DNA from: an uncultured delta proteobacterium
Lineage (GTDB): Bacteria; Desulfobacterota; Binatia; UBA9968
Assembly: GCA_963755715.1 (NCBI GenBank)
Contig: CAVWLW010000034.1
Span: 1 to 64,000 of the forward strand
Direction of reading: 5' to 3'
Length of the DNA: 64,000 nt
The position numbers and the translations under genes were made by a program. The notes under the pieces were generated by a model. That model was given only the letters and a program-made list of their open reading frames with translations. It did not search any database and was not told the origin of the DNA. Positions 42,800-52,687 of the stretch are shown here, piece by piece (within the stretch, counting starts at the first letter, position 1; each line of letters begins with the position of its first letter).

Positions 42800-43072
42800 A
42801 TGAACGCAATCAAAGTACTCGTTGTCGCGTTGACTATTCTTGGGTTCAGCACCGTCAGCTTTGCCCAGGCGACGCCCGCCACACCCGCAAAGCCAGCGAC
42901 TCCCCCCGCCACGGAAAAGAAGAGCGAGAAGGCGATGGAGAAATCGGCCGAGAAGCCAGACGACACCAAAGCAAAGGCTAAGGCCAAGGGCAAGACCAAG
43001 AAATCAACCAAAAAGGCAACCGACAACACGGACGAGAAAAAAAGCGATTCCATGGATAAAAAGACCAAGTAA
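42800..43072 (+). CDS. Small secreted low-complexity Lys/Ala/Thr-rich protein
   Basis: AAGGAGGTGA RBS, signal peptide ending SFA, PAT/PAK repeats, own terminator. Confidence 0.8.
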   Translation: MNAIKVLVVALTILGFSTVSFAQATPATPAKPATPPATEKKSEKAMEKSAEKPDDTKAKAKAKGKTKKSTKKATDNTDEKKSDSMDKKTK

Positions 43073-43092
43073 TCTTCCCTGAAGCGCCGCGT

Positions 43093-43134
43093 AAAAAAGG
43101 GGTAATCGATAAAATCGATTACCCCTTTTTGTTT
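43093..43134 (+). terminator. Bidirectional-looking Rho-independent terminator
   Basis: AAAAAGGGGTAATCGAT-AAA-ATCGATTACCCCTTTTT. Confidence 0.88.
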
Positions 43135-43243
43135 ATTGGTGGATAAGAGCGTTCCGGTGCGGAACACTTGCTTGATTTAGCCTACTCGCTCGATTACACT
43201 TTTTTTAATCGGCGCAAGTTCTTGGTGATAAGGAGGAGTGGAG

Positions 43244-43426
43244 ATGGACCTGCCGAAATGCCAGAAATGCAACAACGGACTGTTGATTCCTCTCTCGGAC
43301 TACGGTCAAGAAGGCGCTTCAGTGATGTATAAAGCCTGGGCGTGCACCAATCCGGACTGCGGGTTCTCGATCCGAATCGACAAAGGCGAGGTAACTTACG
43401 GGAAAAGAATCGAGCCGAAGCACTGA
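43244..43426 (+). CDS. Small zinc-ribbon protein
   Basis: AAGGAGG RBS; CQKC ... CTNPDC. Confidence 0.75.
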   Translation: MDLPKCQKCNNGLLIPLSDYGQEGASVMYKAWACTNPDCGFSIRIDKGEVTYGKRIEPKH

Positions 43427-43500
43427 CACGCCGATCGTAAAGTCTAAAATACTCTCAAATCGGGACATTTTCACTCCAAAGACTCCAAAACCTTCCAACC

Positions 43501-44157
43501 TCAGGCCGGCATGCTCCGATTGAAGCTCTGAATCGCCTTGCCGAATAGCTCGCAACCTTTCTGCAACGCCTCCAGGCACTTCCGTTGGGTTGCGCCGTCA
43601 CTTGCGTAGCGCCTGAGTATTTCCGGCGCGATCCATTCGTGGCCCTCCTCATCGGCGAGCAGCGTGTCGCGATAAATCGCCGCGGTCTTCGAATCGATGG
43701 GCGCGACCCGCTCGATGAACGATTTCGAAGTCCTGGGGAAGAATTCTTCATGGCCAAACTGAACACTCGCGATCAATTCGCAGAGCGAGCCCAAAGAAGC
43801 GTGAAAATCCCACAGTTCTTTCAGCTCCTTCAACGGCTGATTCCAGAGCGCGTCGGGATCGCCGTTCAGCTCGGTAATCCTTTGACGCAATATCGATGCG
43901 TGCTTCAACTCGTTGACGACGTATTCCGACATCGGCTGTTGCAGATCGATATCAGGGATCTTGCCGACCCACGGAGCGGTGACTTCGGCGGCCTTGCGTT
44001 CCATCACGACGCCAAACTGCAGCCGGCGCAAAACCACTGCGGGGCTCAAAGGCTTTTCCGCGCCGTAGCTCTTGCGCTCGGCGTTCATCTGTTCCCAGAA
44101 AGCCTCGCGGGTTGCGATCAATTGCTTTAAAAACTCATCCGGCGTCAGAGTATCCAT
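43501..44157 (-). CDS. Ferritin-like diiron four-helix-bundle protein
   Basis: E (VMER), ELKH, E (GHEE), DEEGH: E/ExxH/E/ExxH pattern; GGAGG RBS. Confidence 0.7.
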   Translation of the reverse strand: MDTLTPDEFLKQLIATREAFWEQMNAERKSYGAEKPLSPAVVLRRLQFGVVMERKAAEVTAPWVGKIPDIDLQQPMSEYVVNELKHASILRQRITELNGDPDALWNQPLKELKELWDFHASLGSLCELIASVQFGHEEFFPRTSKSFIERVAPIDSKTAAIYRDTLLADEEGHEWIAPEILRRYASDGATQRKCLEALQKGCELFGKAIQSFNRSMPA

Positions 44158-44181
44158 GGTCCCTCCGCCACGGCGCGGCGA

Positions 44182-44225
44182 TTGACACGTAAATTATTTT
44201 AGGTATTAACAATACAGTAAATCAA
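44182..44225. promoter_or_regulatory. Overlapping divergent promoters with palindromic operator
   Basis: + TTGACA-N16-TATTAA; - TTGATT-N18-TAAAAT; GTATT-AAC-AATAC palindrome at 44203-44215. Confidence 0.5.
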
Positions 44226-44256
44226 CTCAGTGTAAAAGCTGCAAGACGATCCGGCC

Positions 44257-45030
44257 ATGAGTCAAGCCACGCAAATGAAATCTCCAACGGCATCAGCCGG
44301 CGCCAAGGCATTCGTCGATCATCTCTATCAGGATGTTTACGCTCACTGGGATGAGAGAATCAATCACGGCGCGTTCATGACCCGATTGCGCGAGGGCACG
44401 TTGCCGCTGCCGTGCTTGCGCCGTTTCTTTAAGGATTGGGGTCTTTTTTCCATTGAAGTCGTGGCGCTCAATGCCGTTTCGTACTACGTTCACCTGCCTT
44501 TTTTTGTCGAAAATTACGATTTATTACCGGCGTTTTCCGACAAGATCGCCGAAGAGCTGATCGCACCGAAACCGCCGGGTCATATCTTGATCTTGCTCGA
44601 AACCGCCAACGCTCTCGGCCTTTCCAAAGAGGAGTTGTTCGAGCAACCCGCTTCCGCTCCGGGACGCGCAATCAGCGATTATTGCCGGCGAGTTTTTCAA
44701 GATGGCTCGCTCATCGAGCTTTGGGGCGCCCATGTTTACGAGGAAACTCTTGGGCATTGGGCCGAGCAATGGGGCGAAGCGCTCGTTCGGCATTATGGCA
44801 TGAGCACGCAAAAAGCGATTTACTTCACCGCCCACGCCGAAGCCGATCTTGTGCAACACGAGGACCGCATGGGCCACGGTCCGCTCAACCGCATGATCCT
44901 GCAGCGCATCATCGAACAAGGCAAGACCGCGAAAAAACTCGGCTACGATCCCAAATATTGCGCCTACACGATGGTCGACCTGCATGCGCTCATGGAACAA
45001 CACGCACTCGAAAATCCTTACCCGTCTTAA
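44257..45030 (+). CDS. Heme-oxygenase-like (TenA/PqqC/CADD) protein, putative diiron oxidase
   Basis: H..FMTRLREG, EEL......GH, YEE, YFTAHAEAD......GHG metal ligand pattern. Confidence 0.7.
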   Translation: MSQATQMKSPTASAGAKAFVDHLYQDVYAHWDERINHGAFMTRLREGTLPLPCLRRFFKDWGLFSIEVVALNAVSYYVHLPFFVENYDLLPAFSDKIAEELIAPKPPGHILILLETANALGLSKEELFEQPASAPGRAISDYCRRVFQDGSLIELWGAHVYEETLGHWAEQWGEALVRHYGMSTQKAIYFTAHAEADLVQHEDRMGHGPLNRMILQRIIEQGKTAKKLGYDPKYCAYTMVDLHALMEQHALENPYPS

Positions 45031-45083
45031 GCGAGAGAAATTCGATATTCAACGAAATCTGCGACGCTCGCTGATCGCAAAGC

Positions 45084-46041
45084 GTGAATCGAGGCATGCC
45101 GTGGGCCGCCAAGCGCGATTGCAATCCTAAGCCTTTACGTTTTTTTTCTCTTCTCACAGCGCGAAGCGCGCGCGCAGCTGCCAGGGGTCTGGCAACAGCG
45201 CGCGCCCATGCCGTCGGCGCGCACCGAAGTTGCTGCCGTCCAGTTAGACGGAAAAATTTATGTCATGGGTGGTTACGAAAAAGGCGGCGACCTCGTCGAA
45301 GAGTACGACCCGAAAAAAGATTCTTGGCGCAGGCGCGCCGCGCTGCCGAAGGCGCTACACCACATCGGCGCCGCCGCCATAAACGGGAAAATTTACGTCA
45401 TCGGCGGTTACATCTCCGGTATCGGATCCGTCGATACCGTCTACGAATATGATTCGGCCGCCGATCGGTGGAGCGTAAAAACCGCGATGCCAACGGCGCG
45501 CGGCGCGCTAGCCGTTGGCGTGATCGCGGGAAAGATTTTTGCGATCGGCGGGGTCGGTGCCAATGGAAAGAATACCAATGTCAACGAGGAATATGATCCG
45601 GCACAAGATCGTTGGACCAAGCGAGCGCCGCTGCCGACGCCGCGCGACCACCATGCAATCGGCGTCGTAAACGGCAAGCTCTACGCCATCGGCGGGCGCA
45701 TCAACGGCCGGCACGATCGCAGCATTGCCGACAACGAGGAATACGATCCGGCAACCAATCGCTGGAGAGCTCTTGCGCCGCTGCCAACCGTGCGCAGCGG
45801 CATCTCCGCCGCTGCTCTTGACGGCAAGATTTTCGTTTTCGGGGGCGAAACGACTCGAGGAACACACAAGGAAGTCGAATCCTACGATCCGGCACAAAAC
45901 CGCTGGCAGCGTTGGGCGCCTATGCCGACGGCACGACACGGCCTCGGCGTCGCCGTGCTCGGCCAGTCGATCTACGTCATTGCCGGCGGCCCCAAACCCG
46001 GAGCGACGTTTTCATCGGTGAATGAAATGTTTACACCGTAA
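45084..46041 (+). CDS. Secreted Kelch-repeat beta-propeller protein (probable +1 frameshift near 45109 in signal peptide)
   Basis: Six GKIYVxGG...EEYDP...W repeats; in-frame hydrophobic leader AILSLYVFFLFSQREARA upstream of 45208 whose start lies in adjacent frame. Confidence 0.85.
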
Positions 46042-46047
46042 GCGGCC

Positions 46048-47076
46048 TCAGCAAAAGAACTCCAAAATCCGTCTGGGCAGCCAATCAAGGTTGCCGGGAA
46101 AGCTCCCGGAAACGAATCCTGCGTGACCGCCGCTTTTGGGGAAATCTAGTGCGACCGCATCGGAAACTTCTGCTGGGCTGGGCAATACTGCGCTGGGTAA
46201 AAACGGATCGTTCTGCGCGTTGACCAGCAGCGTGGGGACGCGGATGTGCTTTAGCCAGGGTTTGCTGCTCGAGCGCGACCAGTAGTCAGCGGCGTCTTTG
46301 AAACCGTGCAGCGGCGCGGTGAAGAGATCGTCGAATTGACGAAACGTCAGACTGGCGCGAATCGCTCGCGCATCGATGGCTAAGTCGTGGGCCGCGATTT
46401 TTGCCAGCGCCATCGGTTTGAGCAAGTTGAGAAAATGGCTGGTGTAAACCATTCTATTGAAACCAGAGTCGAGCACTCGCGCCGCGGCCGCGAGGTCCAT
46501 CGGCGCCGATACCGCAACCGCGCGCTCAACGATCAATGACGCCGCCACCCCTTCCTCGCCGAGCCATTTCAAAAGCATATTACCGCCCAGCGATACTCCG
46601 ACCACATAAATCTTGGCGTGTCGATTAGCATCTTTCAACCGGCGCAGGATCCAATCGATCTCACGGGAATCGCCCGAATGGTACGAGCGCACAAGCCGAT
46701 TGGCCTCGCCGCTGCAGCCACGAAAGTGCGGCACCACGCCGCGCCAGCCGCTCCGAGTCGCCGCCTTCATTAGGCTGATCGCGTAATGACTTTGCGAGCA
46801 ACCTTCCAAGCCGTGAAACAGCACGATGAGTCTGGAGTCGTCCGCTTCTTGGCCGAGCCAGTCGAGATCGATGAAATCCTGATCAGGGGTCTCCCAGCGT
46901 TCGCGACGAAAAGCGACGCGGCAATTTTTCGCCAGCGAGCGCGCATAGATGGTTTGCAGGTGCCCGCCCGGCAGCCACCACGGAGCACGATAAGCCGAAG
47001 CGAATCCAGACCTGACGGGTCTTTCACGCGGGTTGGGCTTTTCGTCTTGAACGTTTTGAACGACTTGAACGCTCAT
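46048..47076 (-). CDS. YheT/ABHD-family alpha/beta hydrolase
   Basis: PWWLPGGHLQT, HGLEG, GVSLGG nucleophile, NDPF, GGHAGF; ATG overlaps putA stop. Confidence 0.88.
   Translation of the reverse strand: MSVQVVQNVQDEKPNPRERPVRSGFASAYRAPWWLPGGHLQTIYARSLAKNCRVAFRRERWETPDQDFIDLDWLGQEADDSRLIVLFHGLEGCSQSHYAISLMKAATRSGWRGVVPHFRGCSGEANRLVRSYHSGDSREIDWILRRLKDANRHAKIYVVGVSLGGNMLLKWLGEEGVAASLIVERAVAVSAPMDLAAAARVLDSGFNRMVYTSHFLNLLKPMALAKIAAHDLAIDARAIRASLTFRQFDDLFTAPLHGFKDAADYWSRSSSKPWLKHIRVPTLLVNAQNDPFLPSAVLPSPAEVSDAVALDFPKSGGHAGFVSGSFPGNLDWLPRRILEFFC
47047..47071. repeat. 9-nt-period TTGAAC tandem repeat
   Basis: TTGAACG at 47047, 47056, 47065; similar at 53563. Confidence 0.6.
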
Positions 47077-50049
47077 TTTCCGGTTATCTTCAGTCGCTCC
47101 GGCGGCACGAACCCATGGCGCAGCGTGTTTTCGGAGACTGTGCGCGGTTCGAGAAACTGTAAAAGATAGTCCGGTCCGCCGGCCTTGGAGCCGATGCCGG
47201 AGAGCTTCAACCCACCGAAAGGCTGGCGCTCGACGATCGCGCCGGTGACCCCGCGGTTGATGTAAAGGTTGCCGACGCGAAATTCCTCGCGCGCTTTCTC
47301 GATGTGCGCCGGCGAGCGCGAAAAAATACCGCCGGTCAACGCGAACGCGGAGTCGTTGGCAATCTCCAGAGCATGATCGAAATCGCGCGCGCGAATCACC
47401 GACAACACCGGTCCGAAAATTTCTTCCTGCGCGATCCGACTCGACGGCTCGACGTCGCCAAAAATTACCGGCCCGACAAAAAATCCGTCTCGCGGCGCCG
47501 CCATTTCCAGGACGCACTCCGCCGACTTCTTGCCCAGGCGAATATACTCGGCAATCCGCTCTTTGGCTTCGCCATCGATCACCGGCCCAAGGACATTGCG
47601 CGGGTCTTCGGGCGCACCGATCTTGAGACTGCGCGCCGCACCGATAAGCCGCGCGAGCAGGCGATCGTAAATTTCGTCTAACAAAATCACCCGCGACGCC
47701 GCCGAACATTTTTGCCCCTGATAGCCGAACGCCGAATCGATGATATGAACCACCGCTTCGTCGAGATCGGCATCGGCGTCGATGATCAGCGCATTCTTGC
47801 CGCCCATTTCGCAAACCACGCGCTTGACGTGGTTTTGCCCGGGACGGTGCGTGTGGGCTTCGCGCAAAATTTCCAAACCAACCTCGCGTGAGCCGGTAAA
47901 CGCGATGAGATGAACCTGCGCTGATCGAACTAAGTGCGCGCCGATCTCGCCGCCGCCTTGAAGCAGTTGGCAGGCATCCTGGGGAAATCCGGCTTCGCGT
48001 AAAATAGCGAGCAGATGCTCGGCCAGGATCGGCGACTGCTCCGCTGGTTTCATCAGCGCGCAGTTGCCGGTCACCAGAGCCGCCGCGGTCATACCGGTAA
48101 GAATCGCCAGCGGAAAATTCCACGGCGCGATGATCGCCGCGACGCCGCGCGGCTGGTAAAAATAAATGTTGGTTTCACCCGGCAACTGTTGGGTCTGGCG
48201 CGGCGCGCTCAGGCGTAACATCTCGCGCGCGTAATACTCCAGATAATCGATCGCCTCGGTAACATCGCCGTCCGCTTCGCGCCATCCCTTGCCGACTTCA
48301 AAAACTTCCCACGCCGCGAGTTCCCAGCGTTTCTTGCGCATGATCGCGGCTGCCTTAGCAAGAAGCTTGGCCCGTTCCGTCGCCGGCGTGGCGCGCCACT
48401 TGGGGAAAAATCGCGCCGCGCTTTCGATCGCCGTTTCGGCTTGATCGATGCTGGCCGCGCGGACCTGCCCGACGACTTCCTTGGGATCGGCGGGGTTCAC
48501 CGACTCCAACCATGAGCCACTGCTGCGCTTGCGTACCCGGCTTTTTTTGAATTGCTCGCGAACTTCTTCGAGCGCTTTGGCAAAACCGCTGGCGATTTTG
48601 CCGCTGCGAAAAATCGATCGGCGGCTCGTTGCGAAACGGCTCGGATAGATCGGCGGGCGCCGCAGACAACTCCGGCGTACCATCGTAGCCCTTCAACGGC
48701 CGTGCCGGCGCCTTGATCAAAGCGCCGATGTCTTTTCGATCGGCATAGGTCTGGCGCAGAAACGAAGTATTGGAGGTGTTCTCCATCAGCCGGCGAATTA
48801 GATAGGAAATACCGGGCAGCAATTCGCCCACCGGCAGATAGACCCGCACTCTCTGGCCGTTTTGAATGATCGCCTGGCGCACCGGCTCGGCCATGCCGTA
48901 AAGCATTTGGATCTCGTAACCGTTGGGCGCAATCCCGAGTTCCTTCGCTACGACGATGGCGTGGGCCAAGCTGCGCAAGTTGTGGCTGCCGAAAGCGGCG
49001 TCGATGACGTCGTGATTTTCCAGCAGGAGCCGGCTGATCCGCTCATAGCTCGCATCGGTTTCCGCTTTGTCCAGGAAAACCGGTATCGGCCAACCCTTCT
49101 GTTTCGCCCAGGCGATCTCGCTGTCCCAGTAGGCGCCCTTGACCAGGCGCACGCCGATCCGCCGTTTTTGCCGATGCGCCCAGCGAATCAACTCGCGAAC
49201 GTCGCTCTCCGCTTCTCTGAGATACGCTTGCAGTGCAATCGCTGCCCGCGGCGCGGCGGAAAATTCTTCTTCCGCCAACACGCCGCGAAAAATTTCCAGG
49301 GTCAGATCTTTGAAAGCGTATTGTTCCATGTCGACGGTAATCGCCGCGCCGAGCTTGGCCGCTTCGCGAAACAGCAAGCGCAGCCGCTCGCGCACGATCG
49401 ACTCCGTGCTCGGATCCAACGGGTCGAAGCGCGCGCACAAGGAGGAAAGCTTGACGGATAAATTAACGCGCGGCAGCTTGCCGTTCGGCGCATCGTCGAT
49501 CTGCGCGCAGGCCGGCCAAGTCTCGCTCAACTTCGACAGCCGGCGTAATAGTTCGAGATAGCGCTGCTGCATCGCCGCCGCTTCCACCTCGCTCACGGTC
49601 GCCTCGCCGACGACGTCGAGAGTGAAGGCCGCGGGCTCTTTGCGCAGGCCGCTCAAAACCTTGTTCAAATGGTCGCCGCTTTCTTCGGCGATGAAGCGGC
49701 GCGCCAGCTTGATGACGTTGCGCCGCACGACCGGCGCCACCAGCGTTCCGGCATGGAGCGCCTGCGCGAGAAAAGCCAGACCGCCAAGGGCGTGATCGAC
49801 GCGTGCGAAGTATTCTTCCAGATGGCGGCCGATTTCCGTCGAAGACTCCAGGCTCGGCAGCACGTCGACAAAACGGAACAAGGCGACGCGCAGAGACTCG
49901 TCTTCGAGCGACCAGTCGATCATGCGGCCCAACAAATCCTTGGCTTCGAAGAGCGACGGCTTGTGCTCGGCCGCTTTTTGATAAAGCGCGCGCGCCAACC
50001 GTTGGACTTCCGGTTCAATTGTGTCGACGGAGAGAGTTTTGCTTGCCAT
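47073..50049 (-). CDS. putA: Bifunctional proline dehydrogenase/P5C dehydrogenase (one +1 frameshift in A-run near 48583)
   Basis: FRFVDVLP, RLVKGAYW, YLIRRLMEN (PRODH); PWNFP, FTGS, EMGGKN, GQKCSA, EEIFGP (ALDH). Confidence 0.94.
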
Positions 50050-50191
50050 GATTTGTAAGAATTAAAAAATGCGGAGGAGGTAAGCTGTTTGTAATCCTCT
50101 ATCTCATCATAATACGATCGTCCGAGAGAAAAAAAGGTCATGCTATTTTTGGTAGTGGTTCATTTTCAATCTGCCATGAGTCTTGATATCG

Positions 50192-50265
50192 GAGAGATTC
50201 CTCGCTTCCGCTCGGAATGACAACCAATAAGCATTTGTCATCTCGAACGAAGTGAGAGATCTTTC
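50192..50265. repeat. REP-like imperfect inverted repeat pair (GTCAT...GAGATC family)
   Basis: GAGATTCCTCGCTTCCGCTCGGAATGACAA and TTGTCATCTCGAACGAAGTGAGAGATCT are near reverse complements. Confidence 0.6.
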
Positions 50266-50336
50266 GCAAACCGAACCACCACCTATTTTCTGCGGACAAT
50301 TTGAATCAGGCGGGAGAATTCTGGAGCAGTGATACT

Positions 50337-52040
50337 ATGGCAATTGCAAGCGAACGGGCGACCGACACTCTGACCGGCGCCGAAGCCGCCGTGGAGATGC
50401 TGAAAGCACACGGCGTCGAGATCCTTTTCGGTCTGTGCGGCGACACCAGCCTACCGTTTTATGACGCGCTGGCGCGCTTACCGCATGGCATGCGTCATAT
50501 CCTCGCGCGGGATGAGCGCTCGGCCGCTTACATGGCAGACGGCTACGCGCGTGTTTCCGGCAAGGTCGGCGTCTGCGAAGGGCCGAGCGGCGGCGGCGTT
50601 ACCTATATTTTGCCGGGACTCGCCGAAGCCAACGAATCATCCGTGCCGCTGCTGTGCATCAATAGCGATATATCGGTCAGCGCGCGCGGCCGTTACACTC
50701 TGACCGAGCTGGACCAAGGTGCGCTCATGCGTCCGGTGACGAAATGGAACATGGTGGTTAACCGTGCAGAAGACGTGCCGCTCGCGTTCCGCGCCGCTTT
50801 CAAACAAATCACCACAGGCCGGCCCGGCGCGGCGCACATCGCGCTCCCCTTCGACGTGCAAAACGGCACGGTCAAGCGAGCGGAAATTTGGGGCGAGCCA
50901 AGCTTTGGCCGCTACCCAGCCGAGCGGCTCGCGCCTGACGCCGCATGCATCGAGCGCGCAAGTTACCTGCTGCAAGATGCAGCGCATCCGGTTTTTATCT
51001 GCGGCGGCGGCGTAATGATGTCGGAGGCCGAGCCGGAGCTGCTCGAGCTCGCCGAGCGCTTGTCCGCGCCGGTCGCCACCACGATCAGCGGCAAAGGTTC
51101 GATCAACGAAGACCATCCGCTGGCCGTCGGCGTCGTCGGCTCCAACGGCGGCACGCCCGAGACGCGCGCGATCGTCGATCAAGCGGATCTGATTATGTTC
51201 ATCGGCTGCCGCGCCGGCTCGGTGACCACCGAACGCCGACGCCATCCCGCACCGGGACAAAGTAAAATCATTCACCTCGACGTCGACCCCGCAGTGCCGG
51301 GCGTCAATTATCCAGCGGATGCGGCGCTGATCGGCGACGCCAAGCTCGGCCTGAGAATGTTGAATCAAGCGCTCGCGAACACAAAACGGCCACTCGACGC
51401 TACTCAGATCGAAGCCGCGAAAGAACAAAAATTTGCAAAATTCCAAGCGCTCGCCGAGTCTGCCGACAGACCGATCAAACCGGAGCGTGTGGTGGCGGAG
51501 CTCAGACGCGTCCTCGATCCGGATGCGATCGTGGTCGTCGACGCCGGCACACCCTGCCCCTATTTTTCAGCTTACTATCAAGTGCACGGCACGGGCCGGC
51601 GGGTTTTCTCCAACCGCGCCCACGGCGCGCTTGGTTATTCGATGGCGGCAGCGATGGGCGCGCATTTCGCGCGGCCCGAAGTCAAATGCGTTTCGGTGAT
51701 GGGCGACGGCAGCTTCGGTTTTACCTGCGGCGAGCTCGAAACCGCGGCGCGTTATCATTTGCCGATTACTTTTATCGTGATCGCAAACGCGAGCTACGGT
51801 TGGATCAAAGCCGGACAAAAGTCGGGTTACGGGCAGCGCTACTTTGCCGTGGATTTCGCGGCCACCGATCATGCCGCGGTCGCCGCCGCTTTCGGCGTCA
51901 AGAGCTGGCGCGTCACCGAACCCAACGATCTCGGCAAAGTGTTAAAAGAAGCGCTCGGCGCGGCGGAACCAACCCTGGTAGATATCGTCTGCCAGCCGCT
52001 TCACGAAGCAAAAGCGCCGGTGTCGGAATGGATTGCGTGA
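50337..52040 (+). CDS. Thiamine-diphosphate-dependent enzyme, acetolactate synthase large subunit-like
   Basis: RDERSAAYMADGYAR, GPSGGG, GDGSFG...N TPP motif. Confidence 0.9.
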   Translation: MAIASERATDTLTGAEAAVEMLKAHGVEILFGLCGDTSLPFYDALARLPHGMRHILARDERSAAYMADGYARVSGKVGVCEGPSGGGVTYILPGLAEANESSVPLLCINSDISVSARGRYTLTELDQGALMRPVTKWNMVVNRAEDVPLAFRAAFKQITTGRPGAAHIALPFDVQNGTVKRAEIWGEPSFGRYPAERLAPDAACIERASYLLQDAAHPVFICGGGVMMSEAEPELLELAERLSAPVATTISGKGSINEDHPLAVGVVGSNGGTPETRAIVDQADLIMFIGCRAGSVTTERRRHPAPGQSKIIHLDVDPAVPGVNYPADAALIGDAKLGLRMLNQALANTKRPLDATQIEAAKEQKFAKFQALAESADRPIKPERVVAELRRVLDPDAIVVVDAGTPCPYFSAYYQVHGTGRRVFSNRAHGALGYSMAAAMGAHFARPEVKCVSVMGDGSFGFTCGELETAARYHLPITFIVIANASYGWIKAGQKSGYGQRYFAVDFAATDHAAVAAAFGVKSWRVTEPNDLGKVLKEALGAAEPTLVDIVCQPLHEAKAPVSEWIA

Positions 52041-52044
52041 AAGC

Positions 52045-52117
52045 AGGCAATAGGCATTAGGCAACAGTACGGCAGAATCATTCCCTCTTCTTTGCTATTG
52101 CCTGTTGCCTATTGCCT
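52045..52117. repeat. Heptamer AGGCAAT tandem repeats in inverted arrangement between convergent genes
   Basis: AGGCAAT AGGCATT AGGCAAC ... CTATTGC CTGTTGC CTATTGC. Confidence 0.65.
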
Positions 52118-52123
52118 TCTTCT

Positions 52124-52585
52124 TCAATTTTCCAACCGCACCTTCGTCCCGAGATTGGCGCAGTCTTCGTCGGTCTTGAGGCCGGCGGCGCGGATGCCGT
52201 GGGCGGCGAGCTCCTCGTCACGCTCCTGCGTATCGCCGGTGACGCCCACGGCGCCAAGCAACTCGCCTTTCTCGCCGCGGATCAGCATGCCACCGCCTTC
52301 GGGAAAAATCTGATCATCCGAGGCGCGCATCAGGTACTGCATGAACAGCGGCCGCTCCTCCGTGCGCATGCGCACCAGCGACGACGATCGACCCAAGGCC
52401 AACGCCGCATACGCTTTACCGTACGCCATTTCGAAACGCATCATCGCCGAGTCGTCTTCTTTTTGAAACGCTTTGACCTTGGCGCCGGGCTCGACCACGA
52501 TGACGCTGAGCGGACGACATGCCAATTCGCGGCCGCGCGCGAAAATGGCCGTGATGATGCGATTCGCTTGTTCTAGTGTAATCAT
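52124..52585 (-). CDS. GlcG/HbpS-family heme-binding protein
   Basis: ITLEQA, KAYAALALG, GGMLI, GAVGVTG. Confidence 0.85.
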   Translation of the reverse strand: MITLEQANRIITAIFARGRELACRPLSVIVVEPGAKVKAFQKEDDSAMMRFEMAYGKAYAALALGRSSSLVRMRTEERPLFMQYLMRASDDQIFPEGGGMLIRGEKGELLGAVGVTGDTQERDEELAAHGIRAAGLKTDEDCANLGTKVRLEN

Positions 52586-52648
52586 GCTCCTGCAGCCCCC
52601 AAAATACGCGATAAAGAAATCGCGGCTTCTGTTGTTAGCGCGGTGTCT

Positions 52649-52672
52649 GTAGCCGCGAGGTTTCAAACCCGC
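52649..52672 (+). repeat. Degenerate GTAG-type REP-like element
   Basis: GTAGCCGCGAGGTTTCAAACCCGC. Confidence 0.45.
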
Positions 52673-52687
52673 TAGGACTTCTCTTTA

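Noticed and set aside
45208-46041. Periodic DNA repeats resembling an array
   Set aside because: They are coding Kelch repeats, not CRISPR repeats
46048-48123. 691-aa ORF suggesting a large fusion hydrolase
   Set aside because: The first 349 codons are an alternate frame of putA with Arg-rich nonsense composition; the real hydrolase starts near 47076
47073-50049. Separate PRODH and P5CDH genes
   Set aside because: Frames overlap and join cleanly on removing one base in a 4-A run; no start signal for the second part
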